A stretch of DNA of 64,000 bases from assembly GCA_027296625.1 (NCBI GenBank), contig JAPUIX010000158.1, positions 232 through 64,231 of the forward strand, given 5' to 3'. Source of the stretch: Gammaproteobacteria bacterium. Lineage in GTDB: Bacteria; Pseudomonadota; Gammaproteobacteria; JAKEHO01. Within the stretch, counting starts at the first letter, position 1, and each line of letters opens with the position of its first letter. The notes beneath the pieces were generated by a model. That model made no database searches and was not told the origin of the DNA. It was given only the letters and a program-made list of their open reading frames with translations. Positions 36,884 through 50,626 of this stretch are shown here, one piece after another. The position numbers and the translations under genes are program-made.

Positions 36884-38242
36884 TTATAGGTGTTGAACCC
36901 CCGCCAGTGCATCCTTAACGGCCGAAGCCAGTTGGTTAGCCAAAGCATTCACCTGAACTGCATCCTTGCCCTCGACCATGACCCGCACAACGGGTTCGGT
37001 GCCAGAAGGACGTAATAGCACACGCCCGTCACCGCCAAGTTCCGTTTCCACGTCTCTTACGGCATTTTGTACCGATGTGAGGCGCCCAAGGTCGACAGGT
37101 TTATCCATGGTCACATTAATCAGCTGCTGTGGATATTTGCTCATGCCTGATTTGAGAGCATCCAGTGACTTGCCGCTGCGCACCATAGCTTCTAAAACCT
37201 GCAGGGCAGACACAATACCATCCCCGGTATTCGTCAGATCCAAACAGATTATGTGCCCTGACGTTTCACCCCCTAGGGTCCAACCGCCCTCCAAAAGCAT
37301 CTCCATGATGTAACGGTCTCCAACCTTTGCGCGTTTAAAATCCAGACCAAGGTTACGTACCGCGATTTCTAAACCAAGATTACTCATCTGGGTACCCACA
37401 ACGGCGCCGGCAAGCAGATCGCTCTTACACCGTGCTCGTGCAATGATGTACATGATTTCATCGCCGTCAACGATATTTCCAGCACGATCAACCAGAATGG
37501 CCCGGTCGCCATCGCCGTCCAAAGCAATCCCTACATCGGCACCACTGTCTCGTACCTTTGCTTGCAGTGCTTCTGGCTTGGTTGCGCCGCGCGCATCATT
37601 AATATTAAGACCGTTCGGCTCAACACCAAGGCAAATAACCTGCGCACCCAGCTCCTCAAAAACATGGGGTGCAATGTGGTAGGTTGCGCCATGAGCACAA
37701 TCCACCACGACTTTCATGCCATTCAGGCTAATATCTCGGCCGATTGTACGTTTACAAAACTCGATATAACGACCCGACGCATCTTCCACCCGTTCGGCCC
37801 TACCGAGGCGTCCCGAATCCACAGTTTTCAAAGGGCGCTCAAGCTCCGCCTCGATTTGTAGCTCAACGTCGTCCGCCAGTTTAGTTCCGTCGCTTGAAAA
37901 GAATTTGATGCCGTTGTCCTGGTATGGATTGTGAGAAGCACTAATCACAATGCCCCCCTGAGCATGGAAGGTGCATGTCAGATAGGCGATGGCCGGCGTC
38001 GGCATGGGACCGAGTAAGCGGATGTCGACACCCGCAGCGGAGAGGCCAGCCTCTAGGGCCGACTCAAACATGTACCCTGAAATACGGGTATCTTTGCCGA
38101 TTAGAATCTTACCGCCCCCGCCCTTTGCCAACACGCGCCCAGCTGCCCAACCAAGCTTCATAACAAAGTCGGGCGTGATCGGAGCAATTCCGACTTTCCC
38201 GCGAATGCCGTCGGTGCCGAAATACTTCCTTTCCCGTCTCAT
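36884..38242 (-). CDS. glmM: Phosphoglucosamine mutase
   Basis: [28 protein letters not shown]. Confidence 0.98.
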   Translation of the reverse strand: MRRERKYFGTDGIRGKVGIAPITPDFVMKLGWAAGRVLAKGGGGKILIGKDTRISGYMFESALEAGLSAAGVDIRLLGPMPTPAIAYLTCTFHAQGGIVISASHNPYQDNGIKFFSSDGTKLADDVELQIEAELERPLKTVDSGRLGRAERVEDASGRYIEFCKRTIGRDISLNGMKVVVDCAHGATYHIAPHVFEELGAQVICLGVEPNGLNINDARGATKPEALQAKVRDSGADVGIALDGDGDRAILVDRAGNIVDGDEIMYIIARARCKSDLLAGAVVGTQMSNLGLEIAVRNLGLDFKRAKVGDRYIMEMLLEGGWTLGGETSGHIICLDLTNTGDGIVSALQVLEAMVRSGKSLDALKSGMSKYPQQLINVTMDKPVDLGRLTSVQNAVRDVETELGGDGRVLLRPSGTEPVVRVMVEGKDAVQVNALANQLASAVKDALAGVQHL

Positions 38243-38400
38243 CTTGCTACGCCGATTGTTGTTAACGAATAAAGCTTGCGGGAATGTTAGGTTGTCTGGG
38301 AGTCATGAGAACCAGCGCTGTAGACCGGGACGCGTCAGGGAGAGCACGGAAGTATCGACCCACGTGCGACTCTCGAGCACCCGAACCCTGCGCTGCCCCA

Positions 38401-40335
38401 CTAGTGTTGGCTTGCAGGGCCACCTACCGCACCGTCGTCGGTCGGTTTTTTGGCCTTCTTGCGCGTCGGCGCCTCCACAGCTCTACCAACGCTACCATCA
38501 TCATCGGTCCAGTCTTTTGGCGGACGAGGAGTCTTGCCGGCCATGATGTCATCAATCTGGTCGGTGGTGATGGTTTCGAACTTGATGAGGGCCTCAGCCA
38601 TATGGTGAAGCTTTTTGATGTTCTCCTTCAGAAGCTTTTCTGCGCGTTCATAGTTGCGATCGATGATGCTACGGATCTCTTCGTCGATCACGTGCGCCGT
38701 TTCATCCGATACGAGCTTGTGTTGCGTCACCGAATGGCCAAGAAATACCTCAGCCTCTTCCTCACTATAGGTCAAGGGCCCCAGACGTTCCGACAATCCC
38801 CACTTGGTTACCATATTGCGCGCGATCTCTGTAGCACGCTGGATATCATTGCTGGCCCCGGTAGTCACACACTCCGGACCAAAGACCAATTCCTCTGAAA
38901 TTCGCCCACCGAAGAGACTCGATATCTGACTCTCAAGCCGCTCCCTGCTAAAGCTGTGCCGATCTTCCTCTGGCAAAAACATCGTAACGCCCAGCGTACG
39001 GCCACGAGGTATGATCGTCACTTTGTAGACCGGATCGTGCGACGGCACCAAGCGACCGACGATTGCATGGCCTGCCTCATGGTACGCACTGAGTTTCTTT
39101 TCTTCATCGCTCATCACCATAGAACGACGCTCTGAACCCATCATGATTTTGTCCTTGGCCTTCTCGAAATCTTCCATGTCAACCATCCGCTTGTCAGCAC
39201 GCGCAGCAAAAAGCGCTGCTTCATTAATCAGATTCGCCAGATCGGCGCCTGAAAAACCGGGTGTACCGCGCGCAATGATGGTTTGCCTCACATCGTCTGC
39301 GATCGGCACCTTACGCATGTGGACTTTGAGAATCTGTTCACGTCCACGAATATCCGGTAACGGCACAACCACTTGCCGGTCAAAACGCCCAGGACGTAAC
39401 AATGCAGGATCAAGTACATCGGGACGATTCGTTGCAGCAATGACAATTACACCTTCATTACCTTCAAACCCATCCAATTCAACGAGCAACTGATTAAGTG
39501 TTTGCTCGCGCTCGTCATGTCCACCACCCAGACCGGCCCCGCGATGGCGGCCCACCGCGTCAATTTCATCGATGAAGATGATGCAGGGGGCATGCTTCTT
39601 AGCCTGATCGAACATATCCCGTACCCTGGAGGCGCCGACACCAACGAACATCTCAACAAAATCGGAACCCGATATCGTGAAGAACGGTACTTTGGCCTCT
39701 CCCGCGATGGCCTTTGCTAAGAGGGTTTTTCCGGTGCCGGGTGCTCCGACCATCAAGACGCCTTGAGGGATCTTGCCGCCCAATTTTTGGAACTTGCCGG
39801 GATCGCGCAGGAACTCCACCAACTCAGCAACTTCCTCCTTGGCCTCATCAACACCCGCAACATCGCTGAACGTGGTCTTTACCTGATCTTCTGCCAGCAA
39901 GCGCGCCCGGCTTTTGCCGAATGAAAGCGCACCCCGGCCGCCCGCGCCTCCCTGCATTTGACGCATGAAAAAGATCCACACGCCAATTAATAGCAGCATC
40001 GGGAACCACGAGATAAAGATCTGCGTGAGCAACCCATGTTGCTCCGGTGCACGGGCCTCGATTGTTACATCATTCGACAACAACACCCCGATCAAGGGAG
40101 CATTATCGGTTTCCGGACTGTAGGTTGAGAATGTAGCCCCGTCATCCATCTTGCCATGGATGTTGTTTTCTTCAATTACGACCGACTTGACTCGCCCGCT
40201 CTTGACGTCCGAAATAAATTGTGAGTAGGCGATCTGCTGTGTGGCTGCTTTGCGTGGCCCAAAATTATTGAAGACCATCATCAGCACAAGCGCAATGATG
40301 ACCCACAGGATCAAATTCTTCGCCATGTCATTCAA
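38401..40335 (-). CDS. ftsH: ATP-dependent zinc metalloprotease FtsH
   Basis: 2 TM helices, [18 protein letters not shown]. Confidence 0.99.
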   Translation of the reverse strand: MNDMAKNLILWVIIALVLMMVFNNFGPRKAATQQIAYSQFISDVKSGRVKSVVIEENNIHGKMDDGATFSTYSPETDNAPLIGVLLSNDVTIEARAPEQHGLLTQIFISWFPMLLLIGVWIFFMRQMQGGAGGRGALSFGKSRARLLAEDQVKTTFSDVAGVDEAKEEVAELVEFLRDPGKFQKLGGKIPQGVLMVGAPGTGKTLLAKAIAGEAKVPFFTISGSDFVEMFVGVGASRVRDMFDQAKKHAPCIIFIDEIDAVGRHRGAGLGGGHDEREQTLNQLLVELDGFEGNEGVIVIAATNRPDVLDPALLRPGRFDRQVVVPLPDIRGREQILKVHMRKVPIADDVRQTIIARGTPGFSGADLANLINEAALFAARADKRMVDMEDFEKAKDKIMMGSERRSMVMSDEEKKLSAYHEAGHAIVGRLVPSHDPVYKVTIIPRGRTLGVTMFLPEEDRHSFSRERLESQISSLFGGRISEELVFGPECVTTGASNDIQRATEIARNMVTKWGLSERLGPLTYSEEEAEVFLGHSVTQHKLVSDETAHVIDEEIRSIIDRNYERAEKLLKENIKKLHHMAEALIKFETITTDQIDDIMAGKTPRPPKDWTDDDGSVGRAVEAPTRKKAKKPTDDGAVGGPASQH

Positions 40336-40383
40336 ACTTGCGGCCTCTAAGTTTAGGTAACAATAAATCCTATATGCTATTAA

Positions 40384-40998
40384 CTATACAACATAGGAGC
40401 GGGCCAGGACATAGAGCTCGCTAGACAACTGGCGAGATGCTTTGGGCTTTCGAGTGGACACCTTTTTGAAATGCCTCCTTAACCCCTTGACGTACCCAGC
40501 AAACTCCTCGCTCTGAAAGCCTTTGACAAGAACGTCGCCTCCTGGTTTCAAGATCTCAATGGCCATGTCCCGGACCGCCTCCAAAAGGCACATCATCCTT
40601 GCCTTATCCGTTGCCTTAATCCCACTAATATTGGGGGCCATATCGGATATTACAAGGTCTACCGGGCCGTTGCCTAACGCATGAATGAGATGTTCTCGAA
40701 CGGCCTCATCAGAAAAATCACCTTGTATAAATAAGACGTTTTCTATCGGCTCCATGGGCAACTGATCGAGCGCAATCACACGACCAGATGCACCTACAAT
40801 CTGACGGACATACTGCGACCAGGCACCTGGCGATGACCCCAGGTCAACGATACACATTTCTGGACGTAACAACCGATCCCGTTCGTCGATCTCCATGAGC
40901 TTGTAGACAGCACGCGACCGATATCCGCTCTCACGAGCCTGTCTGACATAGGGATCCTGAGCATGCTGCTGAAGCCACTGTTTGCTGCCACTGCGCAT
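40384..40998 (-). CDS. rlmE: 23S rRNA Um2552 methyltransferase
   Basis: YRSRAVYKL, DLGSSPGAW, SDMAPN, KPKASR. Confidence 0.96.
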   Translation of the reverse strand: MRSGSKQWLQQHAQDPYVRQARESGYRSRAVYKLMEIDERDRLLRPEMCIVDLGSSPGAWSQYVRQIVGASGRVIALDQLPMEPIENVLFIQGDFSDEAVREHLIHALGNGPVDLVISDMAPNISGIKATDKARMMCLLEAVRDMAIEILKPGGDVLVKGFQSEEFAGYVKGLRRHFKKVSTRKPKASRQLSSELYVLARSYVV

Positions 40999-41117
40999 CG
41001 AAATGTGTCTGGCTATTGGTCGACGGGCACGATCGATCCCTGTGCCTCGATTACATCGCGTCCCTCTGCATTAAGCCGTATCAAATGAAATCCGTAGATC
41101 ACCGTTCAACGTACCGG

Positions 41118-41594
41118 TCATCTGTAACTAACCACTCGTATTTCATATTCGATTACTCCGCTTGGCGCGTTAACCTCGACCACATCACCCTCCTCCTTAC
41201 CAATCAGGGCGCGCGCTATCGGTGAACCAATCGATACCAGGCCATCTTCAATCTCCGCCTCGTCCTCTCCTACGATTTGGTAAGTAACCCCCTCGCCCGA
41301 TTCGATATTTATGAGGCTCACCGTCGAGCCAAACACCACCTTCCCATTCGCGTTAATCTTGGTGACATCAATGATATCCGCGTCGTGTAGCTTGCTCTCA
41401 ATCGAAGCAATGCGCCCTTCAGCAAAACCCTGTTCCTCACGAGCGGCATGGTACTCCGCGTTTTCACTGAGATCGCCTAAACTCCGCGCATGAGCAATCG
41501 CCTTTATGATCCCGGGCCGGACCTTGGTTTTTAGTATATGTAGCTCATCGCGCAGCTTTTGCGCGCCCCTAGTCGTCATCGGTGATTTGACCAT
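41118..41594 (-). CDS. greA: Transcription elongation factor GreA
   Basis: [22 protein letters not shown]. Confidence 0.97.
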   Translation of the reverse strand: MVKSPMTTRGAQKLRDELHILKTKVRPGIIKAIAHARSLGDLSENAEYHAAREEQGFAEGRIASIESKLHDADIIDVTKINANGKVVFGSTVSLINIESGEGVTYQIVGEDEAEIEDGLVSIGSPIARALIGKEEGDVVEVNAPSGVIEYEIRVVSYR

Positions 41595-41598
41595 GCGG

Positions 41599-44500
41599 TC
41601 ATTCCTTATGTAGATCTTGTAATCGGTTCACCTTGTTGGTGTCGCTCTCTTTGAGCGCCATGATCGTCGCTCTAGCACCCGCCATCGTCGTTGTGTAGGT
41701 AACCTTATACTGCAGTGCCGCCCGGCGGATCGTGTAAGAATCTCCGATTGCCTGTTTACCTCCCGTTGTATTCACGATCATGCGAATCTCATCATTCTTT
41801 ATCATGTCTACAATGTGGGGTTGTCCCTCAAGCACCTTATTAACTTGCGTGCATTGTATACCAGCATCCTGCAGCACCTTGGCTGTGCCGCGGGTGGCAT
41901 ACAAATTGAATCCCAACGCCAGCAAGTCCCTGGCGACGTCTTTACTTTCTGGTTTGTCCTTATCACGCACACTGATAAAAATGTTGCCCGAACGAGGCAA
42001 GTTTACTCCCGCAGCAAGTTGTGCCTTGGCGAACGCTTCGCCAAAACTTCCGCCGATTCCCATCACCTCACCGGTTGACTTCATCTCCGGACCAAGCAAC
42101 GGGTCGACACCGGGGAACTTCACGAAGGGAAATACGGCTTCCTTAACAGAATAATAGCGGGGAATGCGCGCCTTCGTCAGCCCCTGTGCCGAGAGCGAGC
42201 GGCCCACCATGCAGTAAGTAGCAATGCGTGCCAACGAGAGCCCCGTCGCCTTGGAGACAAAAGGTACCGTCCTAGATGCTCTTGGGTTGACCTCGAGAAC
42301 ATAGATATTGTTCCCTTGGATAGCGAATTGGGCATTCATCAATCCCACTACGTTCAGAGCCTTGGCCAACTTGCAGACCTGCTCTTGCAATCGTTGCTGA
42401 ATCACTTGCCCAAGACTATGAGGCGGGAGCGAACAGGCCGAATCACCAGAGTGAACGCCTGCCTGTTCGATATGCTCCATGATGCCGCCGATCAGCACGT
42501 CCGTGCCATCGGCCACGGCATCAAGTTCTACTTCAATCGCATCGCTCAAAAATCGATCAAGCAGCACCGGGGATTCATTGGACTCAGCAACGGCCCGCAT
42601 CATATAGGCCCGCAAATCAGCTACGTTATAGACGATCTCCATCGCCCGGCCACCGAGCACATAGGAAGGACGCACGACGAGGGGATAGCCAATCTCCCCG
42701 GCTAGCCGTACTGCCTCATCTACATCCCGGGCTGTGCGGTTCGGTGGTTGGCGCAGTTTCAACTGCACAAGCAGCTGCTTGAATCGTTCCCGGTTTTCAG
42801 CAAGATCGATTGAATCTGGCGGAGTTCCAATGATAGGCACGCCCGCTGCTTCAAGATCTCGCGCGAGCTTCAGCGGGGTTTGCCCACCATATTGAACAAT
42901 GACCCCCTGAGGCCGTTCCAGATCAATGATTTCTAGAACATCTTCAAGCGTCAGCGGTTCAAAATACAACCGGTCTGAAGTATCGTAGTCGGTGGAGACT
43001 GTCTCCGGATTACAGTTGACCATGATACTTTCGAATCCGGCTTCGCGCGTGGCAAGCGCTGCCTGCACGCAACAGTAGTCAAATTCGATACCTTGGCCGA
43101 TCCGGTTGGGCCCGCCACCGAGCACCATAATCTTCTTCCGAGAACTCGGCGCAGCCTCACATTCCTCTTCATAGGTGGAATACAGATAAGCCGTACTCGC
43201 GGTAAACTCGGCAGCGCACGAATCCACGCGCTTATAAACGGGACGAATTTTTAATTCGTGACGACGCGCTCGAACGCGCTCTTCACTGACTGCGAGCAAC
43301 TGCGCAAGACGGCGATCAGAGAAGCCCTTTCGCTTCAGCGAACGAAGTCGCCTGGGTTCAAGCGCTTGCATCTTTTCTGCGCGAACGACCTGCTCCTCAC
43401 GTACCAAATCTTGAATCTGTACGAGGAACCAGCGATCAATGCGAGACAGCTCATAAACCTCGTCGATGGAGAATCCTGTGCGGAACGCGTCTGCGATATA
43501 CCACAAGCGCTCCGCTCTCGGCACACGAAGTTCCCGTTCCAGTCTCTCTCTGGTCCCATCATCGTCGAGATCCAACCGCTCATTCAGGCCATCAACTCCA
43601 GTTTCCAAGCCGCGCAGGGCCTTCTGCAGCGATTCCTGAAACGTACGCCCGATGGCCATGACTTCACCAACTGATTTCATCTGGGTAGTCAGCCGGTCAT
43701 CTGCTCGGGGAAACTTTTCAAACGTAAAACGCGGCACCTTCACTACTACGTAATCCAATGTCGGCTCAAAAGACGCAGGGGTCGAACCACCGGTGATCTC
43801 ATTGGATAATTCATCCAAGGTGTACCCCACAGCAAGTTTCGCGGCCACCTTGGCAATCGGGAATCCCGTCGCCTTGGACGCCAAGGCGGATGAACGTGAC
43901 ACGCGCGGGTTCATCTCAATAATGATGATTTCCCCGTCATCGGGATTCACGGCAAACTGGACATTGGAGCCACCTGTATCGACACCGATCTCGCGAAGTA
44001 CTGCTATCGCAGCGTCGCGCATCAATTGATATTCCTTATCTGTTAGCGTCTGGGCCGGGGCGACCGTGATCGAATCGCCGGTATGCACCCCCATGGGATC
44101 GACGTTTTCTATGGAGCAGACGATGATGCAGTTGTCCTTGTGATCACGCACCACCTCCATTTCAAATTCCTTCCAACCAAGCACGGACTGCTCGAGCAAA
44201 ACCTCGTGGGTGGGTGACGCCTGCAGACCGCGCTCGCAGATCTCGAGAAACTCTTCCCGATTGTAGGCTACGCCACCGCCACTCCCACCGAGGGTAAATG
44301 ACGGACGAATGATAAGCGGGTAGTCGATTTGATCCTGCAGCTCGCGGGCTTCTTCCAGGCTGTGTGCAAGAGCGGACCGTGCTACGGTCAAGCCAATATT
44401 CTGCATGGCCTCGCGGAAGCGTTCGCGGTCTTCAGCCTTATCAATGGACTCCCGCGAGGCACCGATTAACTGCACGTCGTATTCTGCCAGGACACCCTCC

Positions 44501-44811
44501 CGGGCAAGGTCTAAAGCACAATTCAGTCCTGTCTGGCCGCCCATCGTGGGAAGAAGCGCATGCGGCCGCTCCTTGGCGATGATCTCCCGAACGGTCTGCC
44601 AAACCACGGGCTCTATATAAGTGGCATCTGCCATCTCGGGATCGGTCATGATGGTGGCGGGGTTGGAGTTGACGAGAATCACCCGGTAACCTTCTTCACG
44701 AAGCGCCTTGCATGCCTGCGCACCGGAATAGTCGAACTCGCACGCCTGGCCAATCACGATGGGACCCGCGCCAATAATAAGGATACTTTCGATGTCTGTG
44801 CGTTTAGGCAT
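41599..44811 (-). CDS. carB: Carbamoyl-phosphate synthase large subunit
   Basis: MPKRTDI, duplicated ATP-grasp domains, [16 protein letters not shown] domain. Confidence 0.99.
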   Translation of the reverse strand: MPKRTDIESILIIGAGPIVIGQACEFDYSGAQACKALREEGYRVILVNSNPATIMTDPEMADATYIEPVVWQTVREIIAKERPHALLPTMGGQTGLNCALDLAREGVLAEYDVQLIGASRESIDKAEDRERFREAMQNIGLTVARSALAHSLEEARELQDQIDYPLIIRPSFTLGGSGGGVAYNREEFLEICERGLQASPTHEVLLEQSVLGWKEFEMEVVRDHKDNCIIVCSIENVDPMGVHTGDSITVAPAQTLTDKEYQLMRDAAIAVLREIGVDTGGSNVQFAVNPDDGEIIIIEMNPRVSRSSALASKATGFPIAKVAAKLAVGYTLDELSNEITGGSTPASFEPTLDYVVVKVPRFTFEKFPRADDRLTTQMKSVGEVMAIGRTFQESLQKALRGLETGVDGLNERLDLDDDGTRERLERELRVPRAERLWYIADAFRTGFSIDEVYELSRIDRWFLVQIQDLVREEQVVRAEKMQALEPRRLRSLKRKGFSDRRLAQLLAVSEERVRARRHELKIRPVYKRVDSCAAEFTASTAYLYSTYEEECEAAPSSRKKIMVLGGGPNRIGQGIEFDYCCVQAALATREAGFESIMVNCNPETVSTDYDTSDRLYFEPLTLEDVLEIIDLERPQGVIVQYGGQTPLKLARDLEAAGVPIIGTPPDSIDLAENRERFKQLLVQLKLRQPPNRTARDVDEAVRLAGEIGYPLVVRPSYVLGGRAMEIVYNVADLRAYMMRAVAESNESPVLLDRFLSDAIEVELDAVADGTDVLIGGIMEHIEQAGVHSGDSACSLPPHSLGQVIQQRLQEQVCKLAKALNVVGLMNAQFAIQGNNIYVLEVNPRASRTVPFVSKATGLSLARIATYCMVGRSLSAQGLTKARIPRYYSVKEAVFPFVKFPGVDPLLGPEMKSTGEVMGIGGSFGEAFAKAQLAAGVNLPRSGNIFISVRDKDKPESKDVARDLLALGFNLYATRGTAKVLQDAGIQCTQVNKVLEGQPHIVDMIKNDEIRMIVNTTGGKQAIGDSYTIRRAALQYKVTYTTTMAGARATIMALKESDTNKVNRLQDLHKE

Positions 44812-44858
44812 GGCTTAGCATTAGGGCACGAGCGATTGGATCGCGCACCCTATTCAAT

Positions 44859-46010
44859 CTAACGGCGTTTGGGCCGGTTCTCTAACAGCTCAATAAAGTG
44901 GTCAAACAGCACTCGCACGTCATGCGGCCCTGGACTCGCTTCGGGGTGGCCCTGAAAGCCAAATGCCGGATGACGCGTGTGCTGGACACCCTGCAAACTG
45001 CCGTCAAACAACGAGCGGTGAGTGGTGCGAAGATGCGTTGGCAGACTGTTCTCATCTACGACAAAGCCGTGATTCTGACTCGTGATCATGACCCTACCGG
45101 TCGCAAGCTCCTGAACAGGATGATTTGCCCCATGATGCCCAAACTTCATCTTGACGGTACTCGCACCACTGGCCAGGGATAACAGCTGATGTCCAAGGCA
45201 AATGCCGAATATCGGAATGTCCGTCTCCACGAGCTCCTTGATCACTTCGATCGCGTAGTCACAGGGTTCCGGATCACCCGGCCCGTTCGAGAGAAAAACG
45301 CCATGCGGACGCATCGCCAAAATTTCCGCGGCCGGCGTCTTGGCAGGAACAACCGTTAGCCGACAGCCGTGGTCCACAAGGATCCGCAGGATGTTCCGCT
45401 TCACTCCATAGTCGCAGGCCACCACATGCCACGGGAGGGCTTTGGAATCCCATTCTCGCGCTTCGGGCAAGCCCTTATTCAAGTCCCAGCTGCCTTGAGT
45501 CCACTCGTAAGGCGCTTTCACAGTCACCACTTTGGCGAGGTCCATGCCCTTTAACCCGGCAAAGGACTGGGCCGCCTTGGTGGCAGCCGCTTCATCGATA
45601 GGTTCAGCCGCGACGATACAGCCTCGCTGCGAACCTTTGTCGCGAAGGATGCGTGTCAACCGGCGCGTATCGATATCGGCGATCCCGACTACCTGATTTT
45701 CCCTCAAATAATCCTGCAGTGAATCCTGGGCGCGCCAGCTACTCATAGTTAGCGGGAGATCACGGATCACCAAGCCGCTAGCGTAGATCTTTGGCGACTC
45801 CTCATCCTCAACATTGGCTCCCACATTACCAATGTGCGGGTAGGTCAGCATGATAATCTGCTTGTAATACGACGGATCGGTTAAAATTTCCTGGTAGCCA
45901 GTCATGGCGGTATTGAACACCACTTCACCCACGGTCTCACCGGGAACACCGACCGATGTGCCGTGAAACAAACTGCCATCCTCAAGCGCCAACAAGGCCG
46001 GGAAATTCAA
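44859..46010 (-). CDS. carA: Carbamoyl-phosphate synthase small subunit
   Basis: [31 protein letters not shown]; TTG start after a GGAGG SD. Confidence 0.97.
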   Translation of the reverse strand: MNFPALLALEDGSLFHGTSVGVPGETVGEVVFNTAMTGYQEILTDPSYYKQIIMLTYPHIGNVGANVEDEESPKIYASGLVIRDLPLTMSSWRAQDSLQDYLRENQVVGIADIDTRRLTRILRDKGSQRGCIVAAEPIDEAAATKAAQSFAGLKGMDLAKVVTVKAPYEWTQGSWDLNKGLPEAREWDSKALPWHVVACDYGVKRNILRILVDHGCRLTVVPAKTPAAEILAMRPHGVFLSNGPGDPEPCDYAIEVIKELVETDIPIFGICLGHQLLSLASGASTVKMKFGHHGANHPVQELATGRVMITSQNHGFVVDENSLPTHLRTTHRSLFDGSLQGVQHTRHPAFGFQGHPEASPGPHDVRVLFDHFIELLENRPKRR

Positions 46011-46033
46011 GTTAACCTCCGCGCCAGATGTGC

Positions 46034-46064
46034 AAAGCGGGAGAAACCACACGGTTACTCCCGC
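46034..46064 (-). promoter_or_regulatory. Hairpin in carA leader (attenuator-like)
   Basis: Minus strand GCGGGAG-TAACC-GTGT-GGTTT-CTCCCGC-TTT. Confidence 0.6.
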
Positions 46065-46130
46065 CAAATAAGATTTGATAAATTCTACTTAAATCTATCA
46101 ACAAGTGTCTATTAGGGCAGCGTATCTACC

Positions 46131-46451
46131 ATGGCAACCCCTCATCCCAAGCTAGCAGCCGAGGCACAAACCCTTTGTGCGCTTGCCGAGATCCCTAAGA
46201 ACAGAGCCAAGGGCTTCACCATTTCGGCGGGCCGTGATGCACTCGACCTGTTTGTTGTGCGCAAAGGTTACGACGTATACGGGTATGTCAACACCTGCCC
46301 GCATACTGGCACATCACTGGACTGGGTGCCGGACCAGTTCCTTGACGAGACGGGCAATCTGCTTCAATGCGCAACCCACGGGGCGCTATTTCGCATTGAG
46401 GACGGGTTCTGTGTGGCCGGTCCTTGCACCGGAGCCAGCCTAACGCAGTAA
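46131..46451 (+). CDS. Rieske [2Fe-2S] ferredoxin, C-terminus apparently frameshifted
   Basis: CPH...CATHG Rieske ligands and GPC. The expected final beta strand continues in another frame to 46513. Confidence 0.85.
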   Translation: MATPHPKLAAEAQTLCALAEIPKNRAKGFTISAGRDALDLFVVRKGYDVYGYVNTCPHTGTSLDWVPDQFLDETGNLLQCATHGALFRIEDGFCVAGPCTGASLTQ

Positions 46452-46509
46452 AGGTGCGGGTCACCGACGTTATGGTAGAACTACTCGGGCGTGTTGAGAC
46501 GCATCTGAA

Positions 46510-47331
<822 letters not shown>

Positions 47332-48459
47332 TTATAAGCTTTTATCTTCAAAGAATTTTTTGACGCCGTCGAGCCATGACGATGCCTTAGGACTGTGGCG
47401 TTTGCCGTCACTAGTCATTGACTTTTCGAGCTCCTTCAAAAGCTCCTTCTGTTTGCGATCGAGGTTGACGGGCGTTTCAACAATACCCCGGCAGAACAGA
47501 TCCCCGACTGTATTGCTACGTACCGATTTGACGCCTTTCCCACGTAGGCGAAAGACCTTTCCTGATTGTGTTTCCGGTGGGACTTTTAGCGACACGCGTC
47601 CATCTAATGTCGGTACCTCGAGTTCTCCACCCAGCGCCACCGTGATGATACTAATAGGGATCTCACAGTAGAGATCATTCTGCTCCCGCGTAAAAATTTC
47701 GTGTACCTTAACATGGACATGCACGTAGAGGTCCCCTGGGGGCCCACCCTGCTCACCTGCCTCGCCTTCGCCTGCCAAGCGGATACGGTCACCTTTATCC
47801 ACCCCCGGGGGAACCTTAACCGATATAGTCTTGCGATCCCTAACACGCCCTTGCCCATGGCATGGGGTACACGGATCCGCAATATACTTGCCTGTCCCAC
47901 GACATTTTGGGCACGCCTGTTGGACGGAAAAAAACCCCTGCTGCAGACGTACCTGCCCATGGCCCCCACAGGTTGAGCAAGTGGCCGGCGTGCCGCCGTC
48001 TCGGACACCACTACCTCGGCAGGATTCACACTTGGCCAGTTTAGGAACACGGATCTTAACAGTGTCGCCAAAGACAGCCTCTTCTAAGGTTAATTCGAGG
48101 TTATAGCGAAGATCCGCCCCGCGAAAGACGCGTGTGCTGGCCCGTCCTCCAGTGCCGAAGATATCGCCAAACACAGTATCAAAGATATCGCTGAAACTGC
48201 TTGCGCCAAAGCCGTCAGCGCCCGCGTTTGCAAAGGGGTCAACTCCAGTATGACCAAACTGGTCATACGCAGCGCGCTTACTGGGATCAGACAAGACCTC
48301 ATAGGCCTCCTTGGCCGCCTTGAAGCGCGTCTCTGCCTGCTCATCGGGATTGCGGTCCGGATGATATTTCATGGCGAGGCGTCGGTAGGCCTTCTTGATC
48401 TCTGCCTCATTGGCGTCGCGTGACACACCCAGAGTTTCGTAGTAGTCGCCTTCTGCCAT
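47332..48459 (-). CDS. dnaJ: Chaperone DnaJ
   Basis: HPD J-domain, G/F region, four CxxCxGxG repeats. Confidence 0.99.
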   Translation of the reverse strand: MAEGDYYETLGVSRDANEAEIKKAYRRLAMKYHPDRNPDEQAETRFKAAKEAYEVLSDPSKRAAYDQFGHTGVDPFANAGADGFGASSFSDIFDTVFGDIFGTGGRASTRVFRGADLRYNLELTLEEAVFGDTVKIRVPKLAKCESCRGSGVRDGGTPATCSTCGGHGQVRLQQGFFSVQQACPKCRGTGKYIADPCTPCHGQGRVRDRKTISVKVPPGVDKGDRIRLAGEGEAGEQGGPPGDLYVHVHVKVHEIFTREQNDLYCEIPISIITVALGGELEVPTLDGRVSLKVPPETQSGKVFRLRGKGVKSVRSNTVGDLFCRGIVETPVNLDRKQKELLKELEKSMTSDGKRHSPKASSWLDGVKKFFEDKSL

Positions 48460-48555
48460 ATTAAGTCTTCAATGACAAATGAGCCCGGATAGATAACAGA
48501 TCACTTTACAAGTGTCCTGCCTCATCCGGGCCTATGTTGTAGTCCCCTAGCTAAT

Positions 48556-48578
48556 GGTGTCTTGCCGAACAAGACACC
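48556..48578 (-). other. Stem-loop between dnaK and dnaJ (mRNA-stabilising or partial terminator)
   Basis: Perfect 9-bp stem GGTGTCTTG/CAAGACACC without a U-tract. Confidence 0.5.
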
Positions 48579-48584
48579 CCTTAG

Positions 48585-50522
48585 TCACTTCTTGTCTTCA
48601 TCGACTTCCTCAAACTCGGCATCGACCACATGCTCATCAGATGTAGCGGCACCATTGCTCTGCGATCCGGTGCTTGCGCCCTCCGCGGCTTTCGCATCTT
48701 CTGTGGTTTGCTTATAGGCCCGCTCGGCGATCTTGCCGGAGAGTTCCGCTAGTTTCTTTGTCTTTTCCTCGATTTCCGACTTGTCATCACCCTTCAATAG
48801 TTCCTTCAGCTCACCCATGGCAACCTCGATATCCGTCTTCTCCTGCGCCTCAACCTTGTCACCTAACTCCTCTAGGGATTTGCTCGTCGCGTGGATCAGA
48901 GCATCAGCCTGGTTGCGGGCATCCACTACCTCGTGGAACTTGCGATCCTCTTCGGCATGCACTTCGGCGTCCTTTACCATGCGGTCGATTTCCGCCTCGG
49001 CGAGACCACTCGAAGCCTTGATGACAATGGACTGCTCTTTGCCAGTTGCCTTATCCTTTGCGGAAACATTAAGTATGCCGTTGGCGTCGATGTCGAATGT
49101 CACATCGATCTGGGGCATCCCCCTTGGTGCCACCGGAATATCCGTGAGATCGAAACGCCCGAGTGCCTTATTAGCCGAGGCCATCTCCCGCTCTCCCTGC
49201 AAGACATGCACAGTAACGGCTGTTTGATTATCCTCCGCCGTTGAAAACACCTGATTCGCTTTAGTTGGAATCGTGGTGTTCTTCTCGATGAGCTTGGTCA
49301 TTACGCCACCCAAGGTCTCAATTCCCAGTGACAGCGGCGTCACGTCGAGCAGCAGGACATCCTTGACGTCTCCACCAAGGACACCCGCTTGGAAAGCGGC
49401 ACCAACTGCCACGGCCTCGTCCGGGTTCACATCCTTGCGAGGCTCCTTACCAAATACCTCTTTGACAACCTCCTGTACTTTAGGCATGCGCGTTTGACCG
49501 CCCACCAAAATCACGTCGCGGATATCGGACGGTTTGAGCCCGGCATCTTTCAGCGCAACTTCGCAGGGTGTGACCGTGCGCTCAATGAGATCCTCCACCA
49601 AAGATTCCAACTTCGCTCGCGTCAATTTGATATTGAGGTGCTTGGGACCGCTGGCATCGGCCGTAATATACGGCAGGTTGACATCAGTCTGCTGCGATGA
49701 GGAGAGTTCGATCTTCGCCTTCTCAGCCGCTTCCTTCAGGCGCTGCAAGGCCAGCGGATCATTATGGAGGTCAACGCCTTGATCCTTTTTATATTCATCA
49801 CAGAGATAATCCATGACTCGAAGATCAAAGTCTTCGCCTCCAAGGAACGTATCCCCGTTGGTAGACAATACCTCGAACTGGTGTTCGCCTTCGACCTCCG
49901 CCATTTCGATGATCGAGATATCGAACGTGCCACCACCAAGGTCGTAGACAGCGATCTTGGCGTCACCACGCTTCTTCTCCATACCATATGCCAGCGCCGC
50001 CGCCGTCGGTTCATTGATGATGCGCTTAACCTCAAGCCCGGCAATACGGCCCGCGTCCTTGGTCGCTTGGCGCTGAGAATCGTTGAAGTAGGCAGGTACT
50101 GTAATAACCGCCTCAGTGATCTTTTCCCCTAAATAATCTTCCGCGGTTTTCTTCATTTTCATCAATACCCGCGCGGCGATCTCGGGGGGAGCCATCTTCT
50201 TACCCTTCGCCTCCACCCAGGCACCCCCGTTATCTGCGGCGACAATCTTATACGGCACCATATCGATATCACGCTTGACCACGTCGTCCTCGTATCGACG
50301 ACCGATCAGGCGCTTAATGGCATACAAGGTATTGTCCGGATTTGTCACTGCTTGGCGTTTGGCCGCCTGCCCCACCAACACCTGGTCATCGGCACTAAAC
50401 GCGACCACCGAAGGCGTGGTGCGGGACCCTTCGCTGTTTTCAATTACCTTGGGCTTACCACCCTCCAGCACCGCGACGACTGAGTTAGTGGTTCCCAGAT
50501 CAATTCCAATTATCTTTCCCAT
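48585..50522 (-). CDS. dnaK: Chaperone DnaK (Hsp70)
   Basis: [32 protein letters not shown]. Confidence 0.99.
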   Translation of the reverse strand: MGKIIGIDLGTTNSVVAVLEGGKPKVIENSEGSRTTPSVVAFSADDQVLVGQAAKRQAVTNPDNTLYAIKRLIGRRYEDDVVKRDIDMVPYKIVAADNGGAWVEAKGKKMAPPEIAARVLMKMKKTAEDYLGEKITEAVITVPAYFNDSQRQATKDAGRIAGLEVKRIINEPTAAALAYGMEKKRGDAKIAVYDLGGGTFDISIIEMAEVEGEHQFEVLSTNGDTFLGGEDFDLRVMDYLCDEYKKDQGVDLHNDPLALQRLKEAAEKAKIELSSSQQTDVNLPYITADASGPKHLNIKLTRAKLESLVEDLIERTVTPCEVALKDAGLKPSDIRDVILVGGQTRMPKVQEVVKEVFGKEPRKDVNPDEAVAVGAAFQAGVLGGDVKDVLLLDVTPLSLGIETLGGVMTKLIEKNTTIPTKANQVFSTAEDNQTAVTVHVLQGEREMASANKALGRFDLTDIPVAPRGMPQIDVTFDIDANGILNVSAKDKATGKEQSIVIKASSGLAEAEIDRMVKDAEVHAEEDRKFHEVVDARNQADALIHATSKSLEELGDKVEAQEKTDIEVAMGELKELLKGDDKSEIEEKTKKLAELSGKIAERAYKQTTEDAKAAEGASTGSQSNGAATSDEHVVDAEFEEVDEDKK

Positions 50523-50593
50523 ATCGAATACCTCAAGTCAGACCCTACGGCCTGCTTTATCGTGAACTCTGGACTACAAAGCTTCTTAGGAAT

Positions 50594-50619
50594 ATTGGGC
50601 CGCCTCGAGCGATTTCAAG
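50594..50619 (-). promoter_or_regulatory. sigma32 promoter of dnaK
   Basis: CTTGAA-14 nt-CCCAAT. Confidence 0.75.
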
Positions 50620-50626
50620 CCTCTGG

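Noticed and set aside
38284-38898. 204-aa plus-strand ORF over the ftsH end and spacer
   Set aside because: Antisense to ftsH, not folP-like, no coding signals.
46075-46101. FNR site
   Set aside because: The TTGAT and ATCAA half-sites are 17 nt apart instead of 4.
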